DNA of 64,000 nucleotides, from NCBI GenBank assembly GCA_963774945.1, contig CAVZHA010000015.1, positions 708,603-772,602 on the forward strand, in the 5' to 3' direction. The notes beneath the pieces are model-generated. The model was not told the DNA's origin, searched no databases, and saw only the letters and a program-made list of their open reading frames with translations. The stretch is from an uncultured Actinomycetota bacterium. Lineage in GTDB: Bacteria; Actinomycetota; Actinomycetes; Streptosporangiales; Streptosporangiaceae. Below, piece after piece: positions 51,692 to 62,311 of the stretch. The translations under genes and the position numbers were made by a program. How positions within the stretch are numbered: the stretch's first letter is position 1; each line of letters begins with the position of its first letter.

Positions 51692-51955
51692 TTACCGGGG
51701 GTGCTGGGCCTCGAAGGCCTCGCGGAGGCGGGCGAGCTCGGCGCTGACGCCAGTGACCACGTGCGGACGGGACTCGAACGCGGGGGTGACGCCGAGCGCT
51801 CGCAGCAGCTCGGCGGCAGGCCGGCCAGGGTCGCCCGACTCCCCGAGGACCGGGTGCAGGCCCTCGGCCGCCAGCTGCCGGAAGACGAGGTTGACGATGC
51901 TCCAGGGGTTGTAGGTCTCGGCCTGGGCGGGTATGGATTCGTCGGGGGTGTCCAT
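51692..51955 (-). CDS. Small hypothetical protein (87 aa) upstream of prmA
   Basis: ATG 51955, GC3-rich codons, sequence YNPWSIVNLVFRQLAAEGLHP; has its own upstream TCTCA box. Confidence 0.65.
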   Translation of the reverse strand: MDTPDESIPAQAETYNPWSIVNLVFRQLAAEGLHPVLGESGDPGRPAAELLRALGVTPAFESRPHVVTGVSAELARLREAFEAQHPR

Positions 51956-51991
51956 GCGTCCGAGCAGACGCCGGGGGGATTGCATGTGGCA

Positions 51992-52005
51992 TCTCAAGTT
52001 GAGAC
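51992..52005. promoter_or_regulatory. TCTCA-N3-TGAGA box in the divergent promoter region
   Basis: TCTCAAGTTGAGAC(AGTGCA), with the same 3' flank as the 41169 site. Confidence 0.7.
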
Positions 52006-52111
52006 AGTGCAAAGAATCAGCGGGCTTATCTTTTGTGCAACGCGAACGCCTCGCAGCGCTTCGCAAGGGATGGGAGACCCTCCGACTGGACGCGCAGGTG
52101 GAGGAGGCGGC

Positions 52112-53941
52112 ATGGGACGTGCATCACCGAGGCTGCACCGTTCTGCTCGAGGCGGTGCCGGCACCGCCGTCGAGCGAGACCCGCTGGCCGAGGCCAGGGA
52201 CCGGTTCCTGGCCCGCGACCCGGTCGACGCGAAGGCGGTCAGGGAGCCGATCCTGGCCTCGTGGTGGCGGTCGCGGGAGTGGCACGTCGCCGCCGACCGG
52301 CTCGACCTGAGCTACCTCGGCGAGCCCGACCTCGACTCGGCCCTCGCGCGGGCGGCCAAGCCGGTCCTGCGGCACCTGCACGAGCACCTCGAGGGCCAGC
52401 CGATCAGCATCGTGCTGACCGACGCGAGCGGGCTGGTGCTGCTCCGGTTCACCGGCGACCACGACCTGGAACGGCAGCTCGACACCATTAAGCTCGCCCC
52501 CGGCTTCTCCTACGCCGAGGACGTCGTCGGCACCAACGGCATCGGGACCGCGCTCGAGTCGGGCGGCCCCGCGCACGTGTTCGGGCACGAGCACTACGCC
52601 GAGCGGCTCGAGGGGCTGGCCTGCGCCGGGGTCCCGGTCCGCGACCCGATGTCGGGCAAGACCGTCGGCGTGCTCGACCTGACCTGCTGGCGCAGGCACG
52701 CCGACCCGCTGATGCTGTCGCTCGTCCGGTCCACCGCCGACCAGCTCAACCAGGCCCTGTCCGAGACCGGCAACGGCCGCGACCTGCGGCTGCTGCAGGA
52801 GTACACCAAGGCGTGCAGGCACACCGGCGGCATCGTCCTCGCGCTCGGCAACGACGTGGTGATGCTCAACGACCGCGCCCGGCAGGCCTTGTCGCCGGCC
52901 GACCAGGCGGTCCTCATCTCCCAGGCGGCCGACGCGCTCGGACGGCAGTCGTCGGGCGCGGTCACGGTCGACCTGCCGAGCGGCGTGGTGGCCCGGATCT
53001 TCTGCCGCCCGGTGTGGCTGGCGGACGGGGTGGTGCACGTCAAGCTGGCCGCGGCCGCGGCCGACACCCCGGCCGCGGCCACGCCGCCGCGGGCCTCGAT
53101 GGCGCTGCCCGGCCTGGTCGGCTCCGGCCCGACCTGGCGGCGGGCCTGCCGGTCGGCCGAGGCGAGCTACGACCGGGGCGAGTGGCTCACCGTCGAGGGC
53201 GAGGTCGGGACGGGCAAGCTCGCGCTCGCCCGTGCCGTCCACCAGCGGCGCGACCCGGCCGCGCCGTGCCACGTGCTCGACTCCGACGACGCGGCGCTGG
53301 ACCACGACTGGCTCGGGCGAGCCCGCGACGAGCTCATGAACGGCACCGGCCTGTTGATCATCAGGCACGTCCACGCGCTCAACACCCGGCAGGTGCGGGC
53401 GCTCGCGGCCGCGCTGGCCGAGGCCAAGGCGGCGGGCAAGGAGGCGACGCTCCGGGTCGCGCTCACCCTCGACCGCGACGCCGCCCGGGCCGACCTGACC
53501 AGCCTGCTGCGGCTCTTCCCTGGCACGGTCACGGTCCCGCCGCTGCGGCACCACAGCGAGGACCTGCGCGAGCTGATCCCGTTCTTCCTCGGCCGGCTCA
53601 GCCAGCAGGGCCGGGTCAGCTGCTCCCCGGCCGCGATGCAGCTGCTGCTGCGGCACACCTGGCCGGGGAACGCGGCTCAGCTCTGGACGGTGCTGAAGCA
53701 GGTCGTGCAGCGCCGCCGGACCGGCCTGATCATGCCGGCCGACCTGCCGCCCGAGTGCTGGACGGTGAGCCGCCGGGTGCTCAGCCCGCTCGAGTCGATC
53801 GAGCGCGACGCGATCGTGCAGTCGCTGCTCGACCACGGCGGCAACAAGATCCGCGCCGCCCGCGCCCTCGGCATGTCCCGGGCGACGATCTACCGGCGCA
53901 TCCACGAGTACGGCATCGTCACCCCCCAGGGCGGCGGCTAG
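52112..53941 (+). CDS. GAF / degenerate sigma54-AAA / Fis-HTH activator (MimR/AcoR-like)
   Basis: ILASWWRS, GAF region VGTNGIGTALE, GEVGTGK, WPGN, and HTH GNKIRAARALGMSRATIYRRI; GGAGGAGG RBS before ATG 52112. Confidence 0.9.
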   Translation: MGRASPRLHRSARGGAGTAVERDPLAEARDRFLARDPVDAKAVREPILASWWRSREWHVAADRLDLSYLGEPDLDSALARAAKPVLRHLHEHLEGQPISIVLTDASGLVLLRFTGDHDLERQLDTIKLAPGFSYAEDVVGTNGIGTALESGGPAHVFGHEHYAERLEGLACAGVPVRDPMSGKTVGVLDLTCWRRHADPLMLSLVRSTADQLNQALSETGNGRDLRLLQEYTKACRHTGGIVLALGNDVVMLNDRARQALSPADQAVLISQAADALGRQSSGAVTVDLPSGVVARIFCRPVWLADGVVHVKLAAAAADTPAAATPPRASMALPGLVGSGPTWRRACRSAEASYDRGEWLTVEGEVGTGKLALARAVHQRRDPAAPCHVLDSDDAALDHDWLGRARDELMNGTGLLIIRHVHALNTRQVRALAAALAEAKAAGKEATLRVALTLDRDAARADLTSLLRLFPGTVTVPPLRHHSEDLRELIPFFLGRLSQQGRVSCSPAAMQLLLRHTWPGNAAQLWTVLKQVVQRRRTGLIMPADLPPECWTVSRRVLSPLESIERDAIVQSLLDHGGNKIRAARALGMSRATIYRRIHEYGIVTPQGGG

Positions 53942-53974
53942 CGCCGCCCGATTCGGCGCGTCCGGCACTCTGGC

Positions 53975-54193
53975 ACCTGTCCGCTACGCCAGCGACAGGA
54001 TCGTCCACCTGTCACCTACGCCAGCGACATCGCCTATTAGGGTCGGTGGCGTAGCCGACAGGTCGCGTTTGGGGTCGGTGGCGTAGCCGACAGGTCGCGT
54101 TTGGGGTCGGTGGCGTAGCCGACAGGTCGCGTTTGGGGTCGGTGGCGTAGCCGACAGGTCGCGTTTGGGGTCGGTGGCGTAGCCGACAGGTCG
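53975..54193. repeat. 32-bp tandem repeat (~4.7 copies) with two degenerate inverted copies
   Basis: GGTCGGTGGCGTAGCCGACAGGTCGCGTTTGG at 54041, 54073, 54105, 54137 and 54169 (partial); inverted ACCTGTCNNCTACGCCAGCGAC at 53975 and 54007. Confidence 0.92.
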
Positions 54194-54446
54194 GAGGTGG
54201 GGCTCGGCGGGCTGCGGGGGTGGATTGGAGGCGGGGCGAGGCCGGCGGCGAGCGGGAAAGCATTGTCACCCTGAGGGGGTTAGCATGCCTGGCGGCCGGC
54301 GGGGTAGGCGGGGAACGGGACCTGGTGAGGCGGAGTCAACGGTCCGTTCGAAATGATTGAATTTGATCTTAACTCGACGCGTCGGGTCTTCCCAGGCTTG
54401 CGTTTGCAGGGCAGCATTGCACCAGATCACTTCGGGAGGAACAGAC

Positions 54447-55685
54447 ATGGCCGATCCGCGGGTCCTGGGAATTGTGCTGGCCGGCGGGGCCGGCACGCGG
54501 CTCGCGCCGCTGACGGACGACCGGGCCAAGCCCGCGGTGCCGTTCGGAGGGGTGTACCGGCTGGTCGACTTCGCCCTGTCGAACCTGGCCAACAGCGGTA
54601 TCAGGAAGATCTGCGTGCTCACCCAGTACAAGAGCCACAGCCTGGACCGGCACATCTCGACCACCTGGCGGATGAGCGACCTGCTCGGCAACTACGTGAC
54701 CCCGGTGCCGGCCCAGCAGCGGCTCGGGCCGCACTGGTACACCGGGTCCGGTGACGCCATCTTCCAGTCGATGAACCTGATCAACGACGAGCACCCGGAC
54801 CTGGTGGTCGTGTTCGGCGCCGATCACGTGTACCGGATGGACCCCCGGCAGATGATCTCCCAGCACCTGGAGTACGGCGCGGGTGCGACCGTGGCCGCGA
54901 TCCCGGTGTCGCGGCAGGACGCCAAGGACTTCGGCGTGCTGGCGGTGGCCAAGGACGGGCGGACGATCGAGCGGTTTCTTGAGAAGCCCGCCAACCCGCC
55001 GCCGATGCCGGGCTCGACCGACGAGTCCTACGCGTCGATGGGCATCTACGTGTTCGGCCGCAAGGAGCTGGTAGACGCGCTCGAGCGGGACGCGGCCGAC
55101 CCGGAGAGCCGCCACGACATCGGCGGCAACATCATCCCGATGATGGTGGCCGACGGCAGCGCGCACGCCTATGACTTCCTGACCAACTCGGTGCCGGGGT
55201 CGACCGCGCGGGACGAGGGCTACTGGCGCGACGTCGGCACGATCGACGCCTACTTCGACGCGCACATGGACCTGCGCACGGTCGAGCCGATGTTCAACCT
55301 CTACAACGACGAGTGGCCGATCCTCACCCACATGGACCCGCTCCCGCCCGCCAAGTTCGTGCACGACAGCGGCGACCGGGTCGGCCGGGCGATCGACTCG
55401 CTGGTCTCCAACGGCGTGATCGTCTCCGGCGGGCTGGTCCGGGGCTCGGTGGTGTCGCCCGGGGTCCGGGTGAACTCGTGGTCCACCGTCGACCGGGCGG
55501 TGCTGCTGCATAACGTGAACGTGGGCAGGCACGTCGAGATCAGGGACGCGATCATCGACAAGAACGTGATCGTCCCCGAGGGGGCGAAGGTCGGGGTGGA
55601 CAAGGAGCACGACCTCGCCCGCGGCTTCGCGGTCTCCAAGGGCGGCATCACCGTGGTCGGCAAGGGTCAGGTCGTCACCCGGTGA
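54447..55685 (+). CDS. glgC: Glucose-1-phosphate adenylyltransferase
   Basis: [32 protein letters not shown] and YWRDVGT. Confidence 0.96.
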   Translation: MADPRVLGIVLAGGAGTRLAPLTDDRAKPAVPFGGVYRLVDFALSNLANSGIRKICVLTQYKSHSLDRHISTTWRMSDLLGNYVTPVPAQQRLGPHWYTGSGDAIFQSMNLINDEHPDLVVVFGADHVYRMDPRQMISQHLEYGAGATVAAIPVSRQDAKDFGVLAVAKDGRTIERFLEKPANPPPMPGSTDESYASMGIYVFGRKELVDALERDAADPESRHDIGGNIIPMMVADGSAHAYDFLTNSVPGSTARDEGYWRDVGTIDAYFDAHMDLRTVEPMFNLYNDEWPILTHMDPLPPAKFVHDSGDRVGRAIDSLVSNGVIVSGGLVRGSVVSPGVRVNSWSTVDRAVLLHNVNVGRHVEIRDAIIDKNVIVPEGAKVGVDKEHDLARGFAVSKGGITVVGKGQVVTR

Positions 55686-56818
55686 AGGTCTCGCTGCTCA
55701 CCCGCGAGTACCCGCCGGACGTTTACGGCGGGGCCGGGGTGCACGTCGAGTACCTGGCGCGGGCGCTGACGGCGTCCGGCCTGGTCGACCTGACCGTGCA
55801 CTGCCAGGGCGCCGACCGGCCCGGCGCGGTCGCGCACCAGCCCTGGGCGGCGCTCGCCGACCCGGTGCTGCGGGTGTTCTCCGAGGATCTTTCGATGGTC
55901 AACGCGGTCGCCGACGCGGCCGTGGTGCACTCGCACACCTGGTACGCGAACCTGGCCGGGCACCTGGCGTCGCTCCGGTACGGGATACCGCACGTCGCCA
56001 CCGTGCACTCGCTCGAGCCGCTGCGGCCGTGGAAGGCCGAGCAGCTCGGCGGCGGCTACGCGCTCTCGTCCTGGGCCGAGCGGGTCTCGCTGGGCTCGGC
56101 GGCGGCGGTGGTGGCGGTCTCCGACGGGATGCGCGGCGACGTGCTGACCGCGTACCCGGAGATCGCGGCCGACCGGGTCCGGGTGATCAGGAACGGGATC
56201 GACACCGTCGAGTACGCGCCCGATCCTGACACGTCGGTGCTGGTCAAGCACGGCATCGACCCGACCAGGCCGTACGTCATCTTCGTGGGCCGTATCACCA
56301 GGCAGAAGGGCGTGCCGGTGCTGCTGCGGGCGGCGGCCGCGCTCGACCCGGCCGCCCAGCTGGTGCTCTGCGCGGGCGCGGCCGACACGCCCGCGCTCGC
56401 CGAGGAGGTGTCGTCGCTGGTGGCCGGGCTGCAGGCGACCCGCTCGGGGGTCATCTGGATCCCGGAGATGCTGCCCAAGCCGTCGGTCATCCAGCTGCTC
56501 ACGCACGCGCTGATGTTCGTCTGCCCCTCGGTCTACGAGCCGCTCGGCATCGTCAACCTGGAGGCGATGGCGTGCTCGACGGCGGTGGTGGCGTCGCGGG
56601 TGGGCGGCATCCCCGAGGTGGTCGACGAGGGGGCGACCGGGCTGCTGGTGCCGCCGGACGGCCCGGCCGCGCTCGCCGACGCGATGAACGCGCTGCTGCG
56701 CAACCCGGGGCGGGCGGACGCGATGGGACGGGCGGGGCGGCTGCGGGCGGTCGACGAGTTCAGCTGGGACGCGGTCGCGGCCCAGACCGCCGCGCTCTAC
56801 GCCGAGCTCGTTTCCTGA
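55682..56818 (+). CDS. glgA: Actinobacterial GlgA/GlgM (GT4; glycogen / maltose-1-phosphate synthase)
   Basis: [42 protein letters not shown] and [12 protein letters not shown]. Confidence 0.93.
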   Translation: MKVSLLTREYPPDVYGGAGVHVEYLARALTASGLVDLTVHCQGADRPGAVAHQPWAALADPVLRVFSEDLSMVNAVADAAVVHSHTWYANLAGHLASLRYGIPHVATVHSLEPLRPWKAEQLGGGYALSSWAERVSLGSAAAVVAVSDGMRGDVLTAYPEIAADRVRVIRNGIDTVEYAPDPDTSVLVKHGIDPTRPYVIFVGRITRQKGVPVLLRAAAALDPAAQLVLCAGAADTPALAEEVSSLVAGLQATRSGVIWIPEMLPKPSVIQLLTHALMFVCPSVYEPLGIVNLEAMACSTAVVASRVGGIPEVVDEGATGLLVPPDGPAALADAMNALLRNPGRADAMGRAGRLRAVDEFSWDAVAAQTAALYAELVS

Positions 56819-56831
56819 GTAGCCTGCCTGC

Positions 56832-57512
56832 TCAGCCGGCCGGTTTCGCGGGCGGGGCAAGTCCGCGCTGATAGGCGTAGCTGACCGCCTGGGCGCGGTC
56901 GCGCGCGCCGATCTTGGCCAGCAGGTGGTTGAGATGGCTCTTGACGGTGCCCTCGGCCAGGACGAGGCGCGCCGCTATCTCCCGGTTCGACAGGCCGGCC
57001 GCGATCAGCGCGAGTACCTCGGCTTCCCGGGGAGTGAGGCCCGCGGGAAGGGGGCAAGGCGCTCCGTCGGCCGGGGCCGGCGAGAGCGTTGCGATGGCGT
57101 CGACGACATGCCGCTGAACGGCCGGGTCGATCACCGCCTGGTTGTCGAGGACCTGCCTGAGGGCGCGGCGGATATCCTCCCCGCCCGCGTCCTTGGTCAG
57201 ATAGCCCCGGGCGCCGGCCCGCAGGGCGTCGAGCACCGACCGGTCATCGGCGTAGGTGGTGAGGATGACGACCATGGTCCCCGGCACGCGGTCGCGTAGC
57301 AGGCGGGTGGCCTCGACGCCATCACAGCGCGGCATTCGCAGGTCCATGAGAACGATGTCAGGGAGCAGCTCGGCGGCCATGGCCACGGCCTCGTCGCCGT
57401 CAGCGACCGAGCCCACCACTTCGACCTCAGGCAGCAGGCCGAGTACCAGCGCCAGCCCTTCGCGAACCACGCGCTGGTCGTCGGCGACCAGCACCCGGAT
57501 CGGCTGGTTCAC
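56832..57512 (-). CDS. NarL/LuxR family response regulator
   Basis: IRVLVADDQ, VLMDLRMP, and HTH LTPREAEVL..GLSNREIA. Confidence 0.93.
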   Translation of the reverse strand: MNQPIRVLVADDQRVVREGLALVLGLLPEVEVVGSVADGDEAVAMAAELLPDIVLMDLRMPRCDGVEATRLLRDRVPGTMVVILTTYADDRSVLDALRAGARGYLTKDAGGEDIRRALRQVLDNQAVIDPAVQRHVVDAIATLSPAPADGAPCPLPAGLTPREAEVLALIAAGLSNREIAARLVLAEGTVKSHLNHLLAKIGARDRAQAVSYAYQRGLAPPAKPAG

Positions 57513-58705
57513 GCCGGCACCCGCAACTCCACCAGGAAACCAGCCTGCGTCGGCGCCGTGGTGAGCTCGCCGCCGAGCAGTTCGGCCCGCTCGCGCATCC
57601 CGGTCAGGCCGTAGCCGGGGCCGTCGCCGACCGACCGAGGCGGTTCGGCGTTCATCGCGAAGTTCTCCACCGTCAGGCGGATGTGGCCAGGCTCGTATCC
57701 CAAGTGCACTTCGACCCGTTCCGGGCGCGCGTGCTTGGTGACGTTCGTCAGGGCTTCCTGCGCTACCCGGTACACCGCGAGCCGAGTCTCTGACGGAGGC
57801 TCGTATACGTGCCCGGACACCGTGAACTGGCACGGGACGCCACTGGTGTCCTCGAACTGCGCGGCCAGGCCCGCCAGGCGCTCGAGCCCGGGCAGTTCGT
57901 CGTCGCGCAGCAGGCCGATCGCCCGGCGGGCCTCTTCGAGCCCTGACCCGCCCAGGCGGTGGGCGCGCGCGATGATCCCCGGCAGCCGGGGATCGCCAGG
58001 GTCATCGGCTGCGATCATCCGGGCGCCTTCCAGTTGAAGCATGAGCCCGGACAGCGAATGGGCCAGCACGTCATGCATCTCCCTGGCCAACTGCTGGCGT
58101 TCGGCCAGCCTGGCGGCCTGCGCCTGCGCGGCCCTGGTTCCCTCCAGTTCGATCAGGAGCCGCTCGGCTTGCTGGTTGGCCTGGCCGAGCCGTCGGGCGA
58201 GCAGTGTCATGCCAGGGAAGCCGACGATCGCGATGACGCCCATCAGCGCCGCGGCCGGCGAGTCGTGACTGACGGCCACCACGAGCGCCGCCAGGCACGC
58301 GATCGCGGCGATCGTCGCCGCGATCGGGAAGCGGTCCGGCAGCCGCGGGGGAAGCAGCACGAGGCCGGTCAGGAGCCCGGCCAGGCCCGGTCCATCCGGT
58401 TGCAGTCTCATCAGCGCCAACGAGCTGGCCAGCAGCATCACGGCGAAGATGAGGCGGACCGCCGCGCGGCGATAGCGGAACTTCAGCGCGCTCAGGCCGC
58501 CCAGCGCGAGCCCGGCCACGGCCAGCGCGATGCCTGCGTCACGGGTCGCGGGCCCCGGATTCCTTCCGGGGATGAACACGACCACTGCCACCGCGACAAA
58601 GAGCGGTGGCGCAAGGCGGCGCAGCCACCGGTGGGCTCCCTCTTGCTGCGCCCGCGTCGTTCGCAGCGTGGCGAGGACTACTTTGGCCGCTGGGTCTGCG
58701 CTCAC
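57509..58705 (-). CDS. Membrane sensor histidine kinase (HisKA_3)
   Basis: ERQQLAREMHDVLAHSL, QEALTNVTKHA and GYGLTGMRER. Confidence 0.92.
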   Translation of the reverse strand: MSADPAAKVVLATLRTTRAQQEGAHRWLRRLAPPLFVAVAVVVFIPGRNPGPATRDAGIALAVAGLALGGLSALKFRYRRAAVRLIFAVMLLASSLALMRLQPDGPGLAGLLTGLVLLPPRLPDRFPIAATIAAIACLAALVVAVSHDSPAAALMGVIAIVGFPGMTLLARRLGQANQQAERLLIELEGTRAAQAQAARLAERQQLAREMHDVLAHSLSGLMLQLEGARMIAADDPGDPRLPGIIARAHRLGGSGLEEARRAIGLLRDDELPGLERLAGLAAQFEDTSGVPCQFTVSGHVYEPPSETRLAVYRVAQEALTNVTKHARPERVEVHLGYEPGHIRLTVENFAMNAEPPRSVGDGPGYGLTGMRERAELLGGELTTAPTQAGFLVELRVPA

Positions 58706-58931
58706 CTGGCCAACGTTAGGGCGCGTCGGCCCGGACGGCACCACCTTCGGGCAGAGAGCCGGTCTACCGGTGGGTGGATGGGCCTCTACCCGGCGTTAGA
58801 GCGTCCGGACCGGCGAAGCTCCAACCTGACGCCGTAGACGTTCCCGTCGCCGTGCCGCATGCTCTTTCACCAGAGCCCAGTCAAGCGAAGAGCCCCCGAC
58901 GCTTGTTCCTCCTTGCCGTTCGAAGGAACCG

Positions 58932-59900
58932 ATGACCGCCGTTATCAGCCAGATGGCCCGCGAGAGCCGCTGGGCCGTGGAGACCCACGGGCTGACCAAG
59001 CGCTTCGGGGCGAAAACGGCCGTGAACGGCGTCGAGCTCCTGGTACCGCGCGGATCAGCCTTCGGCTACCTCGGCCCCAACGGGGCCGGCAAGACCACGC
59101 TCATCCGGGTTCTGCTGGGACTGACGCACGCCGATGCCGGCACGATGTCCCTGCTCGGCTATCCCGTCCCCCGCCATCGCGACGCCGCGCTCGCCCGGGT
59201 CGGCGCCATTGTCGACGAGCCCCGGTTCCACAGTCATCTCACCGGCCGCCAGAACCTGCTGCTTCTCGCGGCCGCGCGCGAGCCGGCCGCGCGGGACCGC
59301 GTCGGGCCGGTGCTTGAGCGCGTAGGCCTGGCCCACCGCGGCGACGACCGCGTCTCTGGTTACTCCATGGGAATGCGCCAGCGCCTGGGGGTCGCCGCCT
59401 GCCTGCTCGGAGATCCCGAGATGCTCCTGCTTGACGAGCCGATGAACGGGCTCGACCCGGCCGGAATGGCGCAGATGCGTGACATCATCCTTTCGATGGT
59501 GGCCGAGGGCCGCACCGTCGTCCTGTCCTCCCACCTCCTCGATGAGGTTGAGCGCACCTGTGACGCGGTCGCCATCGTTGACCAGGGCAGCATCATCGCG
59601 CAGGGACCGATCTCCGAGCTGCTGGCGGGGGCGCAGGTCGCGCTTGCGGTCGAATGCTCCGAACCGCGCTGGGCCCGTTCGCTGCTCGCGGGCAGCGCCC
59701 TCGGCGTCCGCGTCGAGGCAGTGCCCTCCGCGCTCGGGCTGGACATCACGCTGCCGGCGGCCGCCGGGCGCGACCTCATCGCCGCGATCAACCGCGTGCT
59801 GGTCGAAGGCGGAATATCCGTCTACCGGCTCGATCAGGTCCAGACCTCGCTCGAATCGTGGTTCCTGCAAGTCACGACCAGGCTGGAGGACCAGGAATGA
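58932..59900 (+). CDS. ABC transporter ATP-binding protein
   Basis: GPNGAGKTT, YSMGMRQRLG and LDEPMNGLDP. Confidence 0.93.
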   Translation: MTAVISQMARESRWAVETHGLTKRFGAKTAVNGVELLVPRGSAFGYLGPNGAGKTTLIRVLLGLTHADAGTMSLLGYPVPRHRDAALARVGAIVDEPRFHSHLTGRQNLLLLAAAREPAARDRVGPVLERVGLAHRGDDRVSGYSMGMRQRLGVAACLLGDPEMLLLDEPMNGLDPAGMAQMRDIILSMVAEGRTVVLSSHLLDEVERTCDAVAIVDQGSIIAQGPISELLAGAQVALAVECSEPRWARSLLAGSALGVRVEAVPSALGLDITLPAAAGRDLIAAINRVLVEGGISVYRLDQVQTSLESWFLQVTTRLEDQE

Positions 59901-61066
59901 CGACCGTGCCCGCCGGCGGCGCGCCCGCGCCCGAGCAGGCGCCGTTGTCGGCGCCCGCCGGTTACTCCCGCGACCGCCGGGGATCCCCGGTTCCCACCGT
60001 CGCCATGATCGCCACCAAGATCATGGAACTGCGCAAGCGGCGCGGCCTCATGATCGCCCTCATCGTGATGACCATCGGGTTCCCGGCCCTCTTCCTCTTC
60101 ATTCGCTTCCTCGGCCATGCGTTCTGGCCGCGCACCAGCCCGCCGGCCGGCGGCGACCAGATCTTCGGGGTCCTGGCGGCCGGCTTCCTGCCCACCTTCA
60201 GCTTCATCGCCGCCGCCACGCTGGGCTGCACGGCGGGGTCGCGCGACCTCACCGAGGGCATGTTCCGGCACCTCGTGGTCACCGGCCGCTCCCGGCTGGC
60301 GCTGTACCTGGCCCGGATCCCGGCCGGGCTGGCGATCGTCGTGCCGCTGGTCGCGATCGGCTACACGATCCTCTGCGCGGTGTGCGCCTTCGCCGCGCCG
60401 GCCGTCGTCACCGACAATGGCGTGAACATACCGCCCGGCCTGTCACGGGCCGGCTTCGCGAACTGGGCCGGGAGCCACGCCGAGCCGGTCATCTGCAATT
60501 TCGACAACGGCCCAGTCCCGCGCGATGTCGACTGCCCCAGCGGGCCCGGCCAGGCGTCGGTGTCGTCTGCTACCCCGGGCCAGGCCGCGCCCGCTGCGAT
60601 TGAAGCGCTGGCCGTCAAGATCGCGAGCCGGCAGTACTCCGGCTACGCCGGCATTCTCCGCTCCCCGCCGATCTCCGTCATGGCCGAGGGGGGACTGTGG
60701 ATCGAGCTCGAAGCGACCGTCGGGTTCATCCTCGGACTCGGGCTGGCCGCGCTGATGGGACGCAGAACCGGACCGGTGATCTTGCTCATCATGCTCCAGC
60801 TAATCCTGACGCCGATCCTTTCCGCTCCCGGCATCTCCGGTCTGCAGGACCTGCAGCGCTCGTTTGTCGGGCTAGCCGTCGCCCACCTGGAGCCATCCGG
60901 CCTGCCGACGGCATCGGGGGGGCTGGCAGGGGTAACCGGAGGCGTCGGGGGCCCCGGTGACACGCGACTGCCCGAGTCGGGCGCCGAGGCCGTCTGCGTC
61001 ATCATCGCCTGGCTGGCGGCGGCGACCATCCTCGGCGCATGGCGAATGAAGACCAGAGACGCGTGA
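59897..61066 (+). CDS. ABC-2 type permease with an extracytoplasmic Cys-containing insertion
   Basis: ATGA overlap with the ATPase; motif DLTEGMFRHLVVTGRSR and C-terminal RDA. Confidence 0.82.
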   Translation: MTTVPAGGAPAPEQAPLSAPAGYSRDRRGSPVPTVAMIATKIMELRKRRGLMIALIVMTIGFPALFLFIRFLGHAFWPRTSPPAGGDQIFGVLAAGFLPTFSFIAAATLGCTAGSRDLTEGMFRHLVVTGRSRLALYLARIPAGLAIVVPLVAIGYTILCAVCAFAAPAVVTDNGVNIPPGLSRAGFANWAGSHAEPVICNFDNGPVPRDVDCPSGPGQASVSSATPGQAAPAAIEALAVKIASRQYSGYAGILRSPPISVMAEGGLWIELEATVGFILGLGLAALMGRRTGPVILLIMLQLILTPILSAPGISGLQDLQRSFVGLAVAHLEPSGLPTASGGLAGVTGGVGGPGDTRLPESGAEAVCVIIAWLAAATILGAWRMKTRDA

Positions 61067-61102
61067 TGGACCCCGGCCAGGTAACGGGGCGGCGCCGGGC
61101 GG

Positions 61103-62311
61103 CTAGCGGATGCGGACGGCCAGCAGGCAGGCGTCGTCGCCGGTGTCGGAGGCGGCGTTGGCCATGATCTGGGCGACGTAGGCGTCGACGTCGGCATTGG
61201 GGTCGTCGGGGACGGCGGCGGCCGCGAACTCGGCCAGCGCGTCGCTGATCGACGCGGCCCGCCGCTCGATCAGCCCGTCGGTGTAGAGCAGCAGGGTGTC
61301 GCCGGACTTGAGCTGAAGCGTGACCTGCTCGTAGCCCGGCTCGAGCTCCATCCCGAGCAGCATCCCCTCGGGCATCGGCTGCACGACCGCGCGGCCGTCG
61401 CGGACCAGCACCGGCGGCAGGTGGCCGGCCCTGGCCCAGTGCAGCTGCTGGGTCTTGGGGTCGTAGCGGCCGCAGATCACCGTTCCGGTGACGCCCTCGG
61501 TGAACGCGCAGGCGGCGTAGTTCAGGCTGCTGAGCAGCTCGTGCGGATCCGCCCCGGTGACGACCAGGCCGCGCAGCGTATTGCGGGCGGAGACCATGCC
61601 GGTGACCGCGTCGATGCCGTGGCCGGCGATGTCGCCGACCACGAACAGCAGCTGGCCGTCGGGCAGCTGGAGCGCGTCGTACCAGTCGCCCGCCACCAGG
61701 TAGGCCGCCTTGGCGGGGCGGCAGCGGACGGCGATGTCCACCCCGCTGGTCTCGACCAGCCGCACGTCGGTCGGCATGATCGCGCGCTGCAGCCGAAGCG
61801 CGAGCTCGTGCTCCTCGGCCGCCCGCTGCTCGCTGTCGGCCAGCAGGTCGCGGGCGGCCGCCAGCGCGACCCGGGTGCGCCCGTGCTCGAACGCCTCGCC
61901 CAGGCGGCCCTCGTCGCCGGCCCGGCCGCGCCAGGTGAACACCACCTGACCGTCGTAGCGGGCGGCCCGCAGGTCCATCACCGGCACCAGATCGACCGGG
62001 CCGACCCCGGTCAGCGGGGCGACCAGGCCGGGCGCGTACTGCGGGACGCCGTCGGCCAGCACCCGCGCCGCCCGCGCGGCCAGCCCGTCGCCGGACGCGC
62101 AGCCGGGATACGCCTCGAGCAGGGTCCTTCCGGCGATGTCGTGCGGCGACCGGCCCGCCGGATCGATGTAGCCCGGGCTGAGGTGGACGATGGAGAAATC
62201 GGCCCGGCCGCGGTCGGCGTCGCCGCCGGCGTTCGCGACCGGCGCGACCACGAGCACGGAGTCGGCGACCTGGTCGAGCAGCCTGAGGTGGTCCTCGTTG
62301 GCCACCGTCAT
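61103..62311 (-). CDS. PP2C/SpoIIE-family protein phosphatase (RsbU-like)
   Basis: LQRAIMP, AGDWYD, VGDIAGHG, RAGHLPP, LYTDGLIE and DDACLL. Confidence 0.9.
   Translation of the reverse strand: MTVANEDHLRLLDQVADSVLVVAPVANAGGDADRGRADFSIVHLSPGYIDPAGRSPHDIAGRTLLEAYPGCASGDGLAARAARVLADGVPQYAPGLVAPLTGVGPVDLVPVMDLRAARYDGQVVFTWRGRAGDEGRLGEAFEHGRTRVALAAARDLLADSEQRAAEEHELALRLQRAIMPTDVRLVETSGVDIAVRCRPAKAAYLVAGDWYDALQLPDGQLLFVVGDIAGHGIDAVTGMVSARNTLRGLVVTGADPHELLSSLNYAACAFTEGVTGTVICGRYDPKTQQLHWARAGHLPPVLVRDGRAVVQPMPEGMLLGMELEPGYEQVTLQLKSGDTLLLYTDGLIERRAASISDALAEFAAAAVPDDPNADVDAYVAQIMANAASDTGDDACLLAVRIR

Noticed and set aside
54041-54193. Possible CRISPR array
   Set aside because: The 32-bp units are head-to-tail with no unique spacers, and there are no cas genes in the window.
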